DNA of 60,603 nucleotides, counting the filler, from Sphacelaria rigidula (taxonomy: Eukaryota), in assembly GCA_964200075.2 (NCBI GenBank). It is 10 parts of 10 records of this genome, joined end to end, with 100 filler letters (N's around TTAATTAATTAA, not from the genome) between each part and the next. Parts side by side here need not be neighbours in the genome. Positions count along the whole stretch, not along the records: positions 12,143 to 18,113 come from CAXNAA020023110.1; positions 18,214 to 24,184 come from CAXNAA020023111.1; positions 24,285 to 30,254 come from CAXNAA020023112.1; 7 more parts are not named here. One strand, written 5' to 3'. Positions 12,204 through 25,344 of the stretch are shown here, in pieces; positions within the stretch are counted from its first letter, which is position 1, and every line of letters starts with the position of its first letter. Under the pieces are notes generated by a model. It searched no databases. It was not told where the DNA came from and saw nothing but the letters and a program-made list of their open reading frames with translations. Made by a program: the position numbers and the translations under genes.

Positions 12204-12299
12204 GGGGGATCTATTGATCAATCAAGCCACCTTCGTTGTTCATTTTGATATTTCATGAGTTCATTGATACCCTAGACAATCGGGCTCGGAACGTTAGCC

Positions 12300-12940
12300 T
12301 CCTTTTCCCGAGTCACGTCCACTCTCGGAAAAGGCCTCCTCTTCCTGTGATGCGTACTACAGAGCCTGATGACGCACTTGTCAGGCTCGTGCGAGTGTGA
12401 TCCACCAGAGGTCTTCGTCGAGAAGTTAGCGCCCTAAAGTGCTCCGCCTGCTCGCCCTGCCTCAATAACCCCCGAACGGTGGGGTGTCATCACCCGGGTA
12501 TGCAAACTGTCGTAGCAACGCACACACATGCACATGCACAGATCGTCCACCGAAGACAAGGAAGTTAGCCAGCGACAAGGGCCAGCACACGATGAATATT
12601 GTGGGATTGCGGACAAGAACAGATTGACAAATACGGTTGGTAGGCAGGTGATCGCACACGGGGCGGATGACCTTCGCTATCAGGCAGTGCAAATTTCGTT
12701 CCCTCCACCACCGCACCACCCTGTTTATTCCTCGCGCAGACAAAAGTGTCTTGATAACGCGCGGAGAGCAACGACTGCATTCGGCTCCATGGATTCGAGC
12801 AAGCATCATGTAGATCGAGTTGGGTCGATACCAGAACATTTAATGCTGACGTGACAACACCGGGCTGACAAACGAAGTGTACCGATCTACAGATGGTTGT
12901 GCGTGAACGCTGACGATAGTGCCGCTAGGAGAGCGAAGAC
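12300..12940 (-). pseudogene. Heavily decayed Ty3/Gypsy integrase core relic
   Basis: Ordered remnants KTLLSARG, DHLPTN, SHNIHRVLALVAG, VRCYDS...MTPH, KTSGGSHSHEPD parallel KRLLSDNG, YHPSTNG, NHTMAQMLAAVA, VRMNYNNS...LSPN, KNIGGHQSLDRD of the integrase at ~35200-35560. Confidence 0.45.
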
Positions 12941-13779
12941 GTACGTGCTATACTCTCGGTGTATCTCTCCCCTGTAGACGCACGAAACACCCACCAATAA
13001 GCTGTCATGTCTCGTGAAGATACTAAACGCTTCTCGCTTGCAAGATTATTCTGCTATCTTCACTTTACTTGGGTATAACGAGGTCAAGGGTATCCCTTTT
13101 ACCTACAGTAGACGTTCATTTTTATCCCTTTTACGTAGACCTTGACAAGCTTTGCATTTCAGTTCGTTCATCATCCGTTCATCATTGCGAGCGCGGCTTT
13201 CTCCCTCTCTCTTCCCCTGGGGAAACGAAGCTCGCGCTTTTGCTGTTCATTCCTCTTTTGCGACGACTCGCTCGCCAACTGTGTCTCTCTTGTAGTACAA
13301 GGGTCCCGTGTCCGGCGGTGCAACTGACAGGGCAGCCGACAGTACTCAAGGTATGTTCACAAGCCGACATCCCGAGCGGTGCTGAAGTGCACCACAGGAC
13401 AGTACGGCGCTGACCGGACAGTCATACACCCCTGCCATGCCGAAATACCAGTAGGCCCGCCTTCACAGGGAAGCTCTTGACCACCAGTATTGGTCATGTG
13501 GTTTTTAGACCCTCTCCCCCATCGACAATGAACGATGCCGGCTCTACAGATGGCCCAACACTAGCTGTCAATGGATCGGTCATCCGGTTCTCATATTTAT
13601 TCATCAGGCCCAAATAGTGCCGATGCAATCGCTTACGCCTGACCCGCCCTGGCGATGGAAGCGACTATCCGGCGGCCAAGAGATTGTTTCGAGCCCGGAA
13701 GTCCGAGCGACAGCACAACAAGAACAACTATGGTGGCAGTACAGCGGAAGGTACACACATATTCGAATTCCCTCATCAT

Positions 13780-13782
<3 letters not shown>

Positions 13783-13837
<55 letters not shown>
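13783..13837. repeat. (GT)n microsatellite
   Basis: Direct reading. Confidence 0.97.
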
Positions 13838-13839
<2 letters not shown>

Positions 13840-15789
13840 AGTACACCATAGCGCAGTACAGTACACACTAGTGGTCACAGGGGTACCTTGCGGTGTATTG
13901 TAGAAGGTATATGATGTTAATTCCTTCTTCTCATGACGGACAGCCCCCAGAAAAAAAAAACGTTAAAATATGGCGATTTGTCTCCCCGGTACTCCTCGGG
14001 ATACCAGCGCAACGCTGACTGGGGAGTAGTAATACGAAACAGTAGAATCAGGGCCATAACCTTGTACAGCCCGTACTCGACAGTAGCCCCCCTTATTCCC
14101 AAGTTACCACACGAAGCAGCAATGATCAGCGGAGCGACACAGAGTACCCTCGTCTGTCATAAATACAGCGGTGTTCTCTTCGATAGCCGCCCCATTTCCT
14201 CAAGTCTCGAGCTGATCCATGCTACTGCACTGTTGTTTGAGCTGACTGTTACCACTGCTGTCAGTTGTGGCCTCTGGGCACAGCACGCCCAAGGCTCATC
14301 ACAGGCCCTTGTTTTTGCAATTCACCGTCACGGCACATACCACCAGCCCGACTCTCATACGTCACGTCGTGCTGTACGAGGAAATGACTGAGAACTTTCC
14401 GGACAACCAACTATGCACGGCACATTTGTACATGCACCCTGAGCCATGGACATGCGGGGCTGCACAACCGATGATGGCACATGCACGGCCCGCCCATCTT
14501 GTGCCATGGATGGAAGCGGGATTGTGGCCTTCCAGGATATGAGTGGGCGCGTTACGCCGAGTTGCATTGCTTATTTTCGACTTTGTTTTGCTGTCGCACA
14601 TTGTCTGGTCCCCGACACGTCAAGCCGCCGTCACAAGATAAACGGGTCGAACGTGAACAAATCGTGGGACACTCGCTGGAGACAGAGAAGAATGCAAAGA
14701 AAACACACACACACATACACACACGCAAAGATTGAACAAGTGGAGTAAATGCACGAACACAAGGAAGTAGAGTGGAAACGAGAGAAACAAGAAAATGAAA
14801 CAAGAAAAAAAGCGATCCAGACGGCGAAAAATGAAATACAACTAGAAATGGCGGTGGCCCAGAGGGGGAGTAGCGCTTTCAGGTTTCATTTACTCGTGCA
14901 TACACTGATTGCTGGGAATGAACACTTCAGCAAATTCTTGACGCTCATCTCTGTCACGCGGCTGAAACCATCTTCCGATGTACCCAAGCATGCAATTTGA
15001 GGACGACCAAATGGGCAACACTTGGGTAGCAGCAGGAGATAGGCCATTCGCGCATCGGCATAGTTCCCCTCCTCGGCAAGGATTCCCGGGACCGTTCCGC
15101 AAGAACGAGTGTTCGATCACCTTGGACCAGTCTCCGTTCCGTCACCGGAGTATCGTGATTGCTCCAAGAAACGGGTCGATCGGTAGGCCGCATCGTTTAA
15201 CTCGATTCGGACCCGTGTCCATCTCCCAACCACCACACAATAGCAAAGCCACAGTCGTATCGCGGCGGCCCACCTCGGTGGGGTACGTGACAATCGCCCG
15301 ATACGGTCGAGGGTGGTAGCTCCCAACATTAGTAAAAAAAGTGCACTAGGAAGAGTACTCCGCCGTCCAATTTCAACGATACCGTGCTATTGCCTCCTTC
15401 TCACTATGAACATCGATTCAGTACACGGCCCGTGCGACCGCACTGTGCGGTGCCACCCTGCTCCCGCCTGCATTTTCCCTCGCCTTTGACAACAGCACTC
15501 AAACTTTGTGGCAGTACGGTAGACGCCAGATCCATTCACCTTTGCGTATGGGTATCGTACTGAGCTGCGTTGAACTGTGAATTCTGTTGACGGCCTTTTT
15601 ATCGTCGGGTGAACCACCTGTTCACTGAGACGCCTGCAGATATTCTGTACAGGGTGCTCTGTGCATCTGAAGGTGTTCAGTACATCCGTCGGGTGTAGAT
15701 TCGCAAGGCTGCATCTGATCAGATACACGAAGACTCGCCATACGTGGAAATCATCCTGGCACACGTACGACAAGTCTTCATTATCAATT

Positions 15790-15910
15790 AAACCCTTTTG
15801 GAACCCGTTGGTGACTTTTGTTTTTGTGAATTGGCATCATTTTCATTCATTTTCAACTAAAATTTATGCCGATTCACAAAAACAAAATCGTCAACGGGTT
15901 CCCAAAGAGA
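15790..15910. mobile_element. Small foldback MITE, possibly piggyBac-like
   Basis: tttggaacccgttggtgacttttgtttttgtgaattggcat is inverted against atgccgattcacaaaaacaaaatcgtcaacgggttcccaaa; left flank is ttaa-accc, right flank decayed. Confidence 0.65.
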
Positions 15911-18346
15911 ATGCGATAGGCTGAGTTATTTTTCGGTGCGAGCACCAGCAAAAATGATACTGAATCGAACATGGGACAAACATATGTGCCGGTGTCTCCT
16001 TGCAGTGATCATGTACAGTGTCCGATTTGCCCACAGTATAGATGTGGAAACTAGCACCGGAAAAAATTACACAGAGCGCCCGCTTTTCGATCGGTGTTCG
16101 AGTAGCTAAAAGAAGCGGACCTAAATCAGAACCACCGATTGGATCACGAAGCGTTTGTGTCTTGTCGTACCAAGAGCACGACGGCAGAGTAGTGTGTCAC
16201 GCTTTCTTTCCACAAGCACCAAACACATTCATAGTAGCACACATGTACAACAGCACCAAAATAGAAACAAAATTAAAGAAAATCCACTAGAGATGTGCTC
16301 AACCGCGTGAGATATGATGTCGAAACCTTCAAGTGAAGACGTGCCGGATACCTTTGGCTGCAGCGACATACGCCTGGTCGTATTTCGTATAATAATCACA
16401 AGTTCCACCACTGCAGGGGTTCTACGGTGGTGCAGGCGCATAAACGACCCGTAGCAGCGATTCTGAGTTTGGTCACTCCGCACATATACTGCGTTCGGAG
16501 ACAAGAGCCCTAGATAAAAATTCAAGCGTCGGGATGGCGAGGGCTGTGTTGGCATGCAGCATGACCAAGTACATGAGCAAGGGCAGAGTGCAAGAGCGGC
16601 ACGCCATTTCATGCGGGAGTGCTTGAGTGGGTCGGTGATGGGGGGAGTAGTTTGTAGATGAGATACTTTCAACCGTCAAGTGGTGGTAGTACATTCCAGT
16701 AACAGAGATGAACCCCGGCGTTGATTTTTCATTGGTGAAACAGATTGAAATAGCTAAAGTTGACCCACGGCAGCACGGACCTGCCGATACCTCCTCGGTG
16801 CTCCACCTTTAAACGCCGGGGTGGTCATGCGCAGAATCGGCATCGATGTTCCCTTTGTGACGAAAAACACTCCTTCTAAGATCTCGACACAACCCAGTCT
16901 GGCGGTCGCGAGGGTTCATGTCTGAAGCTTTTCACAGGACCACAGGACAGCACGGTTCGGTTTTCGAACGATTCGGGACGGCTCCTTCTCCTCATATTCC
17001 CGTTGGTTCACAAAATAATGGGGGGTGGGATGGGAAATTGCGTCGGGACGTGACGGACAAGATGGCCCGGTCCGTCCCGTGATATTCCGTCCGGCTTTGT
17101 TCCGCTCTATCGGTAAGTACAAACTCTGTATCGTGAGATCCGATCCCGACCCGCCCTTACGGAAAGCGTGCATCAACGCCCCGTAAGAAACGCCCCGAGA
17201 GCAGGGTTTTCAAAAACAATTTGTGTCAAGGCAACGGGTACGTGGCGCAAAAAAAAGGAAGAAACGGGGAGACAACGACTAGAACTTCAAAATTAGAATA
17301 ATCGTCGCCAATAGTTTGCTCAATGAACGACAACAGGGGCAAGTACCGACATACCACGATGCACACAAGCACCGAAGCAGCGGCCAACATACGATCATCA
17401 GCGCAGACTACCCTGGCTGGGGTTCTTCTTGGCTACTGTGCACCAAACGTGTTAGATTCTCGATGTCTAATGCAGGCTATTTCCATCATTTGCGGGGAGA
17501 CAGTGCCTCCGGGGGAAACAACCCGAGCACTAGCAGAGAAGAAAACAAGAAAATAGGTTCACTGCTACAACACAGGCGCCCCGCAGCGCGCCGCGCGGCC
17601 TGATCGATCATTCGGGCACTTTCGTCCTTGCACACTATCCCGTCACATCCGATATGACCTTGTCCCGGCAGTTGAGGGACGTGTACATGCAAAGCCAAGC
17701 ATAACTGGTTGGGTTGCTCGATCATCCTGGAAAGTGCTGGTTGGGTTGCTGACAACGAGGCGATAATAATGATACCTGCGCCGACACCCACCTCGCGATC
17801 GCTCGGAAGCTGTATTCAAAACAAATATATAACAGTTGGGCAAATGCCTACAGAAGTTCACGAGAATTCCGAGGCCTCAGAACGTACATATCTTGGAGCT
17901 GGATTCTTCACTCGAAAATCAAGAGTTGAGACGTAAAACTCTGAGGAGAGAGGTGCGCGTCGATCATTCTTGAAGGTTAACGGTAGAGTATATTTCGCTT
18001 TCCATTTCATTCCGGAGAAAGCGATGGCGGATTCTCCTTTGATATACGGGGGGGGGGGGGGGGGGGCGAACCGTTTTGTTTCTTCCCCCCGTGTTTGGGC
18101 GATCGGCCGCGCCNNNNNNNNNNNNNNNNNNNNNNNNNNNNNNNNNNNNNNNNNNNNTTAATTAATTAANNNNNNNNNNNNNNNNNNNNNNNNNNNNNNN
18201 NNNNNNNNNNNNNGTTATTTTTTACGTTGTGCTGTTGTGTTGACACTACATCGATAGAACGTTCGTTCCATGATACCTCCGTCATACCCCCCCCCCCCCC
18301 CGTACCCCCTTGCGCACGCTCGATCCATTTGGCACAAAAGCCACAG

Positions 18347-18492
18347 CAATTCTGCTACCACGGCGGTATGCAATTCCTGTCAGCGCACACTGCCTTCGAT
18401 CTCATGGTGGAGAGATCGCTGCAGATGATAAACCCAAAGGTCTCCTTAGCGAGTTGGGATTTCATGATCGACGAGCACAATTTTGGGGTGAA
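18347..18492 (+). CDS. Tyrosinase-like type-3 copper protein, internal exon (CuA: CYHGGMQFLSAH...VSLASWDF)
   Basis: cag acceptor at 18344-18346 (aag at 18338-18340 is an in-frame alternative), gtgagt donor at 18493, phase 2; matches the tyrosinase H-x3-F-x3-H...E-x2-L...LPYWDW pattern. Confidence 0.85.
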
Positions 18493-18936
18493 GTGAGTGC
18501 GTTCTCGCCCAAGTACAGTAGATACAGAGTCTCAGAAGTATTTTGTCGAGCAAAGCCGACGACATGAATGACTGGAGGGTCGCGGCAAAGGTACTTTCCT
18601 TGATGAAGCGGAGACTGGGATGATTGACGATCACCACTATGCCGTGAAGTTTTTTTTTTTTTCCCCATTCATTTTCCCCGTGATGAGTCGGTGCTGACAG
18701 CCATTAAATTGAACTTCCCTGTGATTTGTGTGTACCTGTAAACGAGTTGCCAATGCTACGTTCTCGGCAGAGTGATTTGCGGATATATGAATTCCGCAGG
18801 GCGCAATACATGGATGGTATGTGCAAACGGTGTAATTATGCACCAGTTTTGCACTATCTTATTCTCTACTTCTCTTGACTCTTTTCTTTGTTGTCACGTT
18901 GCTTGTTTGTGTTTTCGGCTTTTCTACCCTTGGCAG

Positions 18937-19132
18937 CTGGACCCAAAGTCCGATATTCGGCGACGACATGTTCGGGTCTGCCATCAACTTCCCTGAGGAT
19001 AGTTTTCAACTTTCCGATGGAAGGTTCCGGAATGTTTCGACCATCCACGATCCGGACCATGTGCTGGTTGACAGCAGGATGTCCGCTGGTCACAACGCGT
19101 ACGGGTACATCAGCGCTGTTTACAACTACCAG
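18937..19132 (+). CDS. Tyrosinase-like protein, internal exon (WTQSPIFGDDMFGS...DGRF...YNYQ)
   Basis: Pyrimidine tract plus cag acceptor; phase 2 joins AA|C with the previous exon; gtttgt donor at 19133; SPIF-x4-FG and DGxF motifs typical of tyrosinases. Confidence 0.85.
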
Positions 19133-19998
19133 GTTTGTTTTATTCCCTTCTTTATTTCTCGATTCGGGATAACCTATATATATATATATATATTGTCTTT
19201 CCCTTGTCCAAAAAATAAAATCCAACCATCCATCCTCAAACAATCGTTAATGAATGAATGAATGAATGAATGAATGAATGAATTTATATATGTACATGTA
19301 TCATTTCACTTTTTTCACTACTTTTGCCGAGTTTCCTCAGGCGGCAAGGCAATCTCATCACGCGATTTTTTTTGCAGTGCACGAAGAAGGTGCAGCGGTA
19401 CATTGCCTTTCAGGTTTGGGTGTCATCTGATTCCTGTGGCGCGTGTTCTGGCCATCGAAAGTCGCCCACACTGGCTCTTTTTTGCGGGGTGTCGATCCCG
19501 AACCACAAAAGTCTCATCATGGAAAACTTCGGACAGGAACCCGAACCACAAAAGCCTGTTCATGGCGGGGTATTTCTTTGCGTTCTCGTTGATTCGGGAG
19601 TACGAAGACAGCGGTTGTGTGGCGAATGTCACGAGAAGATGAAAGCAAAGCAGTTGAAAACAATTAAACACTGCCTTCGCCGTAGTCAGCAGCAAAACCG
19701 AGACCGTACAATGAGCCGTTGGCGAGTTGAACAAGGCACACACGTGGGCAAATGTCCTCACTGTGGGTTAGCTGTGCTCGACAAGCGCAAGGGAGTGACG
19801 AAATCCCTGTGGTCATGCAACCCGTAACAGAGAGTTCCCTCAAAGGATGCACCTGTGTGAAGTACCGGCGCAGGAATGTCCTTGTGGCAGGGATTGCAGA
19901 GAGGTCTTTGTGACAAGTATGCATCCTCGCACAAGTACTTCACCGAGGGGGCTTGAAGAAATGTACGTGAACAAGGATTGGTGCTATGGAGATGCCAC

Positions 19999-20175
19999 CA
20001 ACCCTAACGCTAACCCTAGCACTGACATCGACCAAGGCATACCGAGAACTCTCGGGCAAGGGGGGTGCAGTTTCGTAGCTAAAGCGTGCGTTGCGAGAGC
20101 TCAAATCGACGCCTTTCGAGAGCTCAAATCGACGCCTTTGAGCGGATTTTGGACCAAAACACGTTCTGGACGACC
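19999..20175 (+). mobile_element. Hairpin element family E preceded by telomere-like repeats (intronic copy)
   Basis: aaccctaacgctaaccctag then aaggcataccgagaactctcgggcaag...gagctcaaatcgacgcc; homologues at 36930, 37900, 42827, 46135. Confidence 0.7.
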
Positions 20176-22114
20176 TGGTTCTACTGCTCACCACTGCTCA
20201 CCTGCCCCAAATCATGATTTTTCTCAGAACTTTCTTTAGTCTGAAACCAAGTCAAATCGAGTACCAATCGTTGTTTATGTACATTTCTTCAGGTCTACCA
20301 GTGTTCCACTCCAGGCGAATGCATATATGCATGCGCAGATGCATAAACTTAGACATGTTGAGAGGCTGGGCGGCCGACGCGGCAGCAAACCGGCACCGGT
20401 GGTTCACCACTTTTTCCGAGTTTTCTCTGCCAGCAAGGCATTTTCCCCCACGCTTTCTTTTGCAGCACACTGAAAAGGCATACGAAGTATATTTTATACT
20501 TTCAACTTGCGTCACCCCCGGGAGGCCCGTACCAACCTCCCGAAGGGGAACCTCGTATATATTTAATATATTCTTTGGCTCATGGGTAATTGATTGGTTG
20601 AGTGATCACTATCTTGTATAAGCTTAGTGGCTATGAATTTAGCGGTGATTACAAAAGATAGAGATGCCGAAGGTTAATGATGGGAGACATTCGCAGGAGG
20701 AAACTCGACGAAGGTGAGAGCATAGAAAACGAAGGAGAGAAAAAATACAGTAAACTGAAGAAAGAGAAAATAGACCGAATAAGGAAGGGAAATTAAAAGA
20801 CGTCAGGCTCCTGTCAGTGGTTCTTGGGTTGGAAATCATGAAGCCTTGGATCGCCGATTGGCTTTCTTTACCTCGCGGCTGAATCTATCCAATAGCGGGT
20901 TGGCATGCCGAGAACATATATGGAGAATGACCACGTTGAAGGTCAAAGTGTAAGGCCTGTCGACCTGTCGCCTACGGAGAACGACCACCTTGAGGATAAA
21001 CCAGCCGTCTTGATTTCTGTTCTCCTGTCTCGATGATTGCAAGTTTTGAAAGTCGCGGGTCACAACATGGTTCACTGATATAGTAATTCACTGATCGGAT
21101 GAGTTGAATGCCGAGCATGAACGAGTCCGCTCCGAATCCAGCTGCGGTAACACGATAGACGTGAGTTGCTCGAGGTGAAACAGACGAAAACACTCGCTAC
21201 AAGGTAACTCGAGGACAAACGCAAAACACCAAAGATGAAAGGTGAGACTCGAGAAGGATAGAGCAGCAGAGACACCAGGCTGAGCGTGAGTACTTGGTAC
21301 TGATCCCGAGAGAACGCCCGACAGGCCGACCCTTGCCCGGGCTTCAGCTAGAATGCTGTCAAAAGAGCAAGGTGGCGGAAGCGCAGTGCCATGATTCCGC
21401 TGTCTGGGAACGTCACTACCATGCTACAATTATCGAACACCGACTGTGCCGAAAGGAGACACAACCACCGACACTGATGCAAGATATCCATACGAAGAAG
21501 AAACAACAGCATACACACTAGAAATTCCGATGTTTGACCACATGCACGGAGGAGCCGCCAGCTGATGTACTGAACGCTTTCATGCTGTCGTGCCTCTTTC
21601 AGGATCTTGCTCTTTTCCCGAGTTTCCACGACTTCTATGCATATACCGGGTGGGGCCCGATCTATGAACTGCTCGCGCACATTTTCTACGCACTTGGTCC
21701 ATTGTTTGATATTCTCATCTCATTTTGTCGGAAACGCGCACATCCCCGTTTTTACCATGCCCGTGGACGTTTTTGCTTCGTGTTTGATTTTTATATGATA
21801 TGCATCTCCAGATATGAACAGTGATGCTTGTTCAACACGGTTTGGTGCCCGCGCATCCCCAACAGCGCAGACATCACAAACGCCTTTTGCACCGTAGCTG
21901 TGGTCATGATGGTGTTGGGCGCCTGTTGCGCTGTCATAACACCTTGAGATGAGGTGTGGGACATGTCTACTTCCGTTAATTTCTGTGCCACTGATGCTGG
22001 TTCTGGATTTATTCCCGCTTCGTGGACTACACGATGTGTGAGTTTCCCCCCAAACGCTGCATTGACTCCTTTCTCGTATGTGTAATCTTCGTTCCTTTAT
22101 TTCCTACTGTACAG

Positions 22115-22252
22115 GACTTGCCAAGACTAACACGAACCAGCTCATATTGCGGTCTCAGAGCAAGGGTGAAGTTCGCATCGTCTGATATATTTATCGGCTG
22201 CTTCGAGGACAACACCAACCTCAAAGACTGGCAAGAGTGCATGGAGGGACAG
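22115..22252 (+). CDS. Tyrosinase-like protein, internal exon (DLPRLTRTSSYCG...WQECMEGQ)
   Basis: tacag acceptor, gtgagg donor, 138 nt, phase 0-0; LTR motif and the Glu that precedes the CuB histidines. Confidence 0.85.
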
Positions 22253-22262
22253 GTGAGGTGAA

Positions 22263-22304
<42 letters not shown>

Positions 22305-23406
22305 GGGTATGGTGCACATTGGAGTATGACACAACACTCATGTGTATTGCACGTGGGAGTATGACACCATTTGCATGTTTCGTATGAGTGAGCACAGTCT
22401 TCGTGGCAAAAAGCAAATGTGATAAGTTACAGTACTATATTTTCCAACAGCGAAGCGTTGTTGAACCCGGCGAAAACTATTTTCAGAACGATTGATTTGT
22501 TGTAGTTTAGAAGGCGGTTACCCTGCTTTCGGGAGCTGTTCTAGGGAAGGAGAGATGAGCGATATTGCGGAGACGTACCACGTAAGGGTTTGCTTCCATG
22601 CCAAACTGCGTGCGTCTCGCCGTTCACTATACAAACCTTGGTTCACACGCCACACAAGGTCTTCGTTGGACTTTACTACCGCCTTGTTCTGGAAGCGGCA
22701 AATCATTTATTATATGCCCTTCTGTTGTGAGCACCACCCGCATGCAATGGTGTGATAGGATGAATCCATTTACTGAAAAAAATATGCAGAACGAATGATC
22801 TTTTACAGAACGAAACATCGTTTGTAGCAAGATTGTTGGACTTGTTTTTGGGACAGGCATGAAGTCACGGGCGAGCGTGTCGTGCTTATGTACAAAACCT
22901 CGTTTGATGGGTGCAATTTCGGCAACCAGAAAACTTATATATATATATATATGTGTGTTTACATGGAATCATTGAGTACGATTGGCCTATTTCAGGAACG
23001 ACAACTATCGTCTGTGATGGAAACGTAAATCTTCCTGGGACAAAGATTGACCCTGTTTTTCATGTGTTTGCAACAACGATGTTTTTATCAATGTCCTGTT
23101 TTTTCGGAGTTGTAAATCTTGTCGGAGAGTGACGACGACCCTGCGTTCGGAACGTTGAGTGGTCTTCACTGATGGCAATGCTTCGGTAACAATCAAGATA
23201 TCTACATAATTTGGCACGCGCAGATCAAAACAAAATTCGCCTCGTCGAAAATGTCCCCGAGAAACACGAGACTGACTTTGTGTTTCGGAATAATCTGTAT
23301 ATACATCTCTGGCTGATGGATGATGCAAGGACTGTGTTCATAACGAGGCTGTTTTGGAGGTTCACACATAATGCTGGCCCTATTTCGAAAAAAACACGTA
23401 TTGCAG

Positions 23407-23661
23407 GTGCACGGAGATATGCATGGACTGCTGGGTGGATCTTTCAACTGTAACGTGGACTTCAAATCATTTTATGAGAAGAACAAGTCTAAGTATTCCC
23501 CAGGACTTTTGACGTTTCTCCTGAGCTACGTGACGACAACCTTGTGGCCGGACAACGCAGTGACGCCCGGTTATAACACCTGCGATACGTCTTGTGAGCG
23601 GGGGGATACGGACTGCGGGTGCACATGCAACGTCGACGCTATGAGCATGACCGCTGATGAG
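23407..23661 (+). CDS. Tyrosinase-like protein, internal exon (CuB: VHGDMHGLLGG, then Cys-rich segment)
   Basis: ttgcag acceptor, gtacag donor, 255 nt, phase 0-0; H-x3-H-x3-GG CuB motif. The gene is incomplete at both ends of the contig. Confidence 0.88.
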
Positions 23662-24062
23662 GTACAGTTTGTAACCGTACTTTTGTTTGTGGTCTGGTGA
23701 TGCGTGCTGATGAGGCTCAGTACAAGGATCCAGTAGCAGCGTTCTTTGGTCTGCTGATAAGTGTCAGGTGGTCATGATGTGGGAGTTTTCATCTGTGCAC
23801 GTATAACTCGAACAAACGCGTATACGATCGAGAGCATAACGCGCACCAATCCGCGCTCCCTTGTTGTCTCTCACTATTTGTTGTGTCAGTATCCAGAGCT
23901 TGAAATGTTTTCAGGTCCTCGCGTGTATATATACCGCAATTTTATTCCCAACGTTTGGTCGACATTTCGTGTACGGGGTAATAGCTGCTGCACACTTCTT
24001 TGCATCATAATCATGTGCATGAGCACGACTTCACCGCCACCCGCTCCCTACCCCCCTTAACA

Positions 24063-24184
24063 GGTTAGACACCCATGAGGCAGTGTAAAAGCTGTGGCTG
24101 TCTCTGGAAGTGGCGATACCACAGATTAAGGCAACTCATTGTTGGCTGTCATCCAAATGCAATATAATCAGTAGGCTTCGGCCC
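24063..24184 (+). mobile_element. Internal part of the long structured retroelement module, cut by contig end
   Basis: agacacccatgaggcagtgt...ggctgtctctggaagtggcgatacc...gcaactcatt...ataatcagta matches 42333-42390 and 53675-53785; preceded by a C-rich tract. Confidence 0.8.
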
Positions 24185-25344
24185 NNNNNNNNNNNNNNNN
24201 NNNNNNNNNNNNNNNNNNNNNNNNNNNNTTAATTAATTAANNNNNNNNNNNNNNNNNNNNNNNNNNNNNNNNNNNNNNNNNNNNACTGTTTTAGGCTTGA
24301 ACCTCATCTCGGAGTTTAACCTCAATTCGCACAATTTGTTGTTCCAAGGAGACCCGAGGGAGATGGCTGTGCACGTCGCACTCAAGGTAATCAAACAACA
24401 CGCCGAAAACGGGACGGAACCTCCCGCATGGACTCTGCGTGCCTTGAGGATGATATACTCATCACAAGACGTTGTCAGACAAGTGCGGTACATAAGCAAG
24501 CAACTTCTGAGGTTGAGGTAGTCCAAAGTCGTACGGTACCTTTATGTAGCGATGATCGTGCAGCAAACGACACGACACCGTCAACATCTTGTAGTGTACC
24601 AGCACCTACCATTCCACGTCATTTGTCCCGGGAGAAGAACGATAAATGCAACAATTCGTTCCCTGCATAAATCATTTTGCCGGACCATACACTCAAACCT
24701 CGCCGATTCCCGCCCATGTTCACCCAAGCAACGTAGAATACACTTCCCCTACGGTCCAACAAGTGACAGGTAACCCTCAGGCATCGTCTCAGATACTTGT
24801 CGGAAGTAGTTAACAACGGTCAGAAGATCAAACCCCCTCGCACGAAAATCACCCTCGATCAAGTACTACTACTATCGACAGCGTACACGCACCGCGTTTA
24901 ACGCTCAAGCACAACAATCTTGGCCTGAATGGTTTTACAAGAACTGACATCTGAATGCACCCCCACCATCATGCGAGAATATTGATCACGAGTTGAAGTT
25001 AACTCACAAAGATCAGTGCATGCGAGAAGTAATCGATCGCCGTTGCATAAAACATTTGCAGCTCTTGTTGAAGGACACATCACTACTAGGTGTTTACATG
25101 GATCTCGTAACCGGCACACTGGAGTAGCATACAGAAGCCAAACTCGAATCACCTCGAGCGCAAAGAGAAGTATAGCTACTATCGCCCCAGCAACTTGGGA
25201 TGGGTAAGTAGATGCTTATACGAGTTTATACTCCCCACCAAACCGCATCGTAATTCTGGCGTGTGCTGCAGCTGAGCTAAAATTTCAGGACCACCACACA
25301 GTAGACAAGTACGATTTGGAAGTGTCCAAAGCACACTCTCGTTT

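Noticed and set aside
23653..23770. CTGATGA motifs (also 54093 and 54654) as hammerhead ribozyme cores
   Set aside because: No correctly placed GAAA or stems I-III, and the motif in tail B is not conserved in sister copies.
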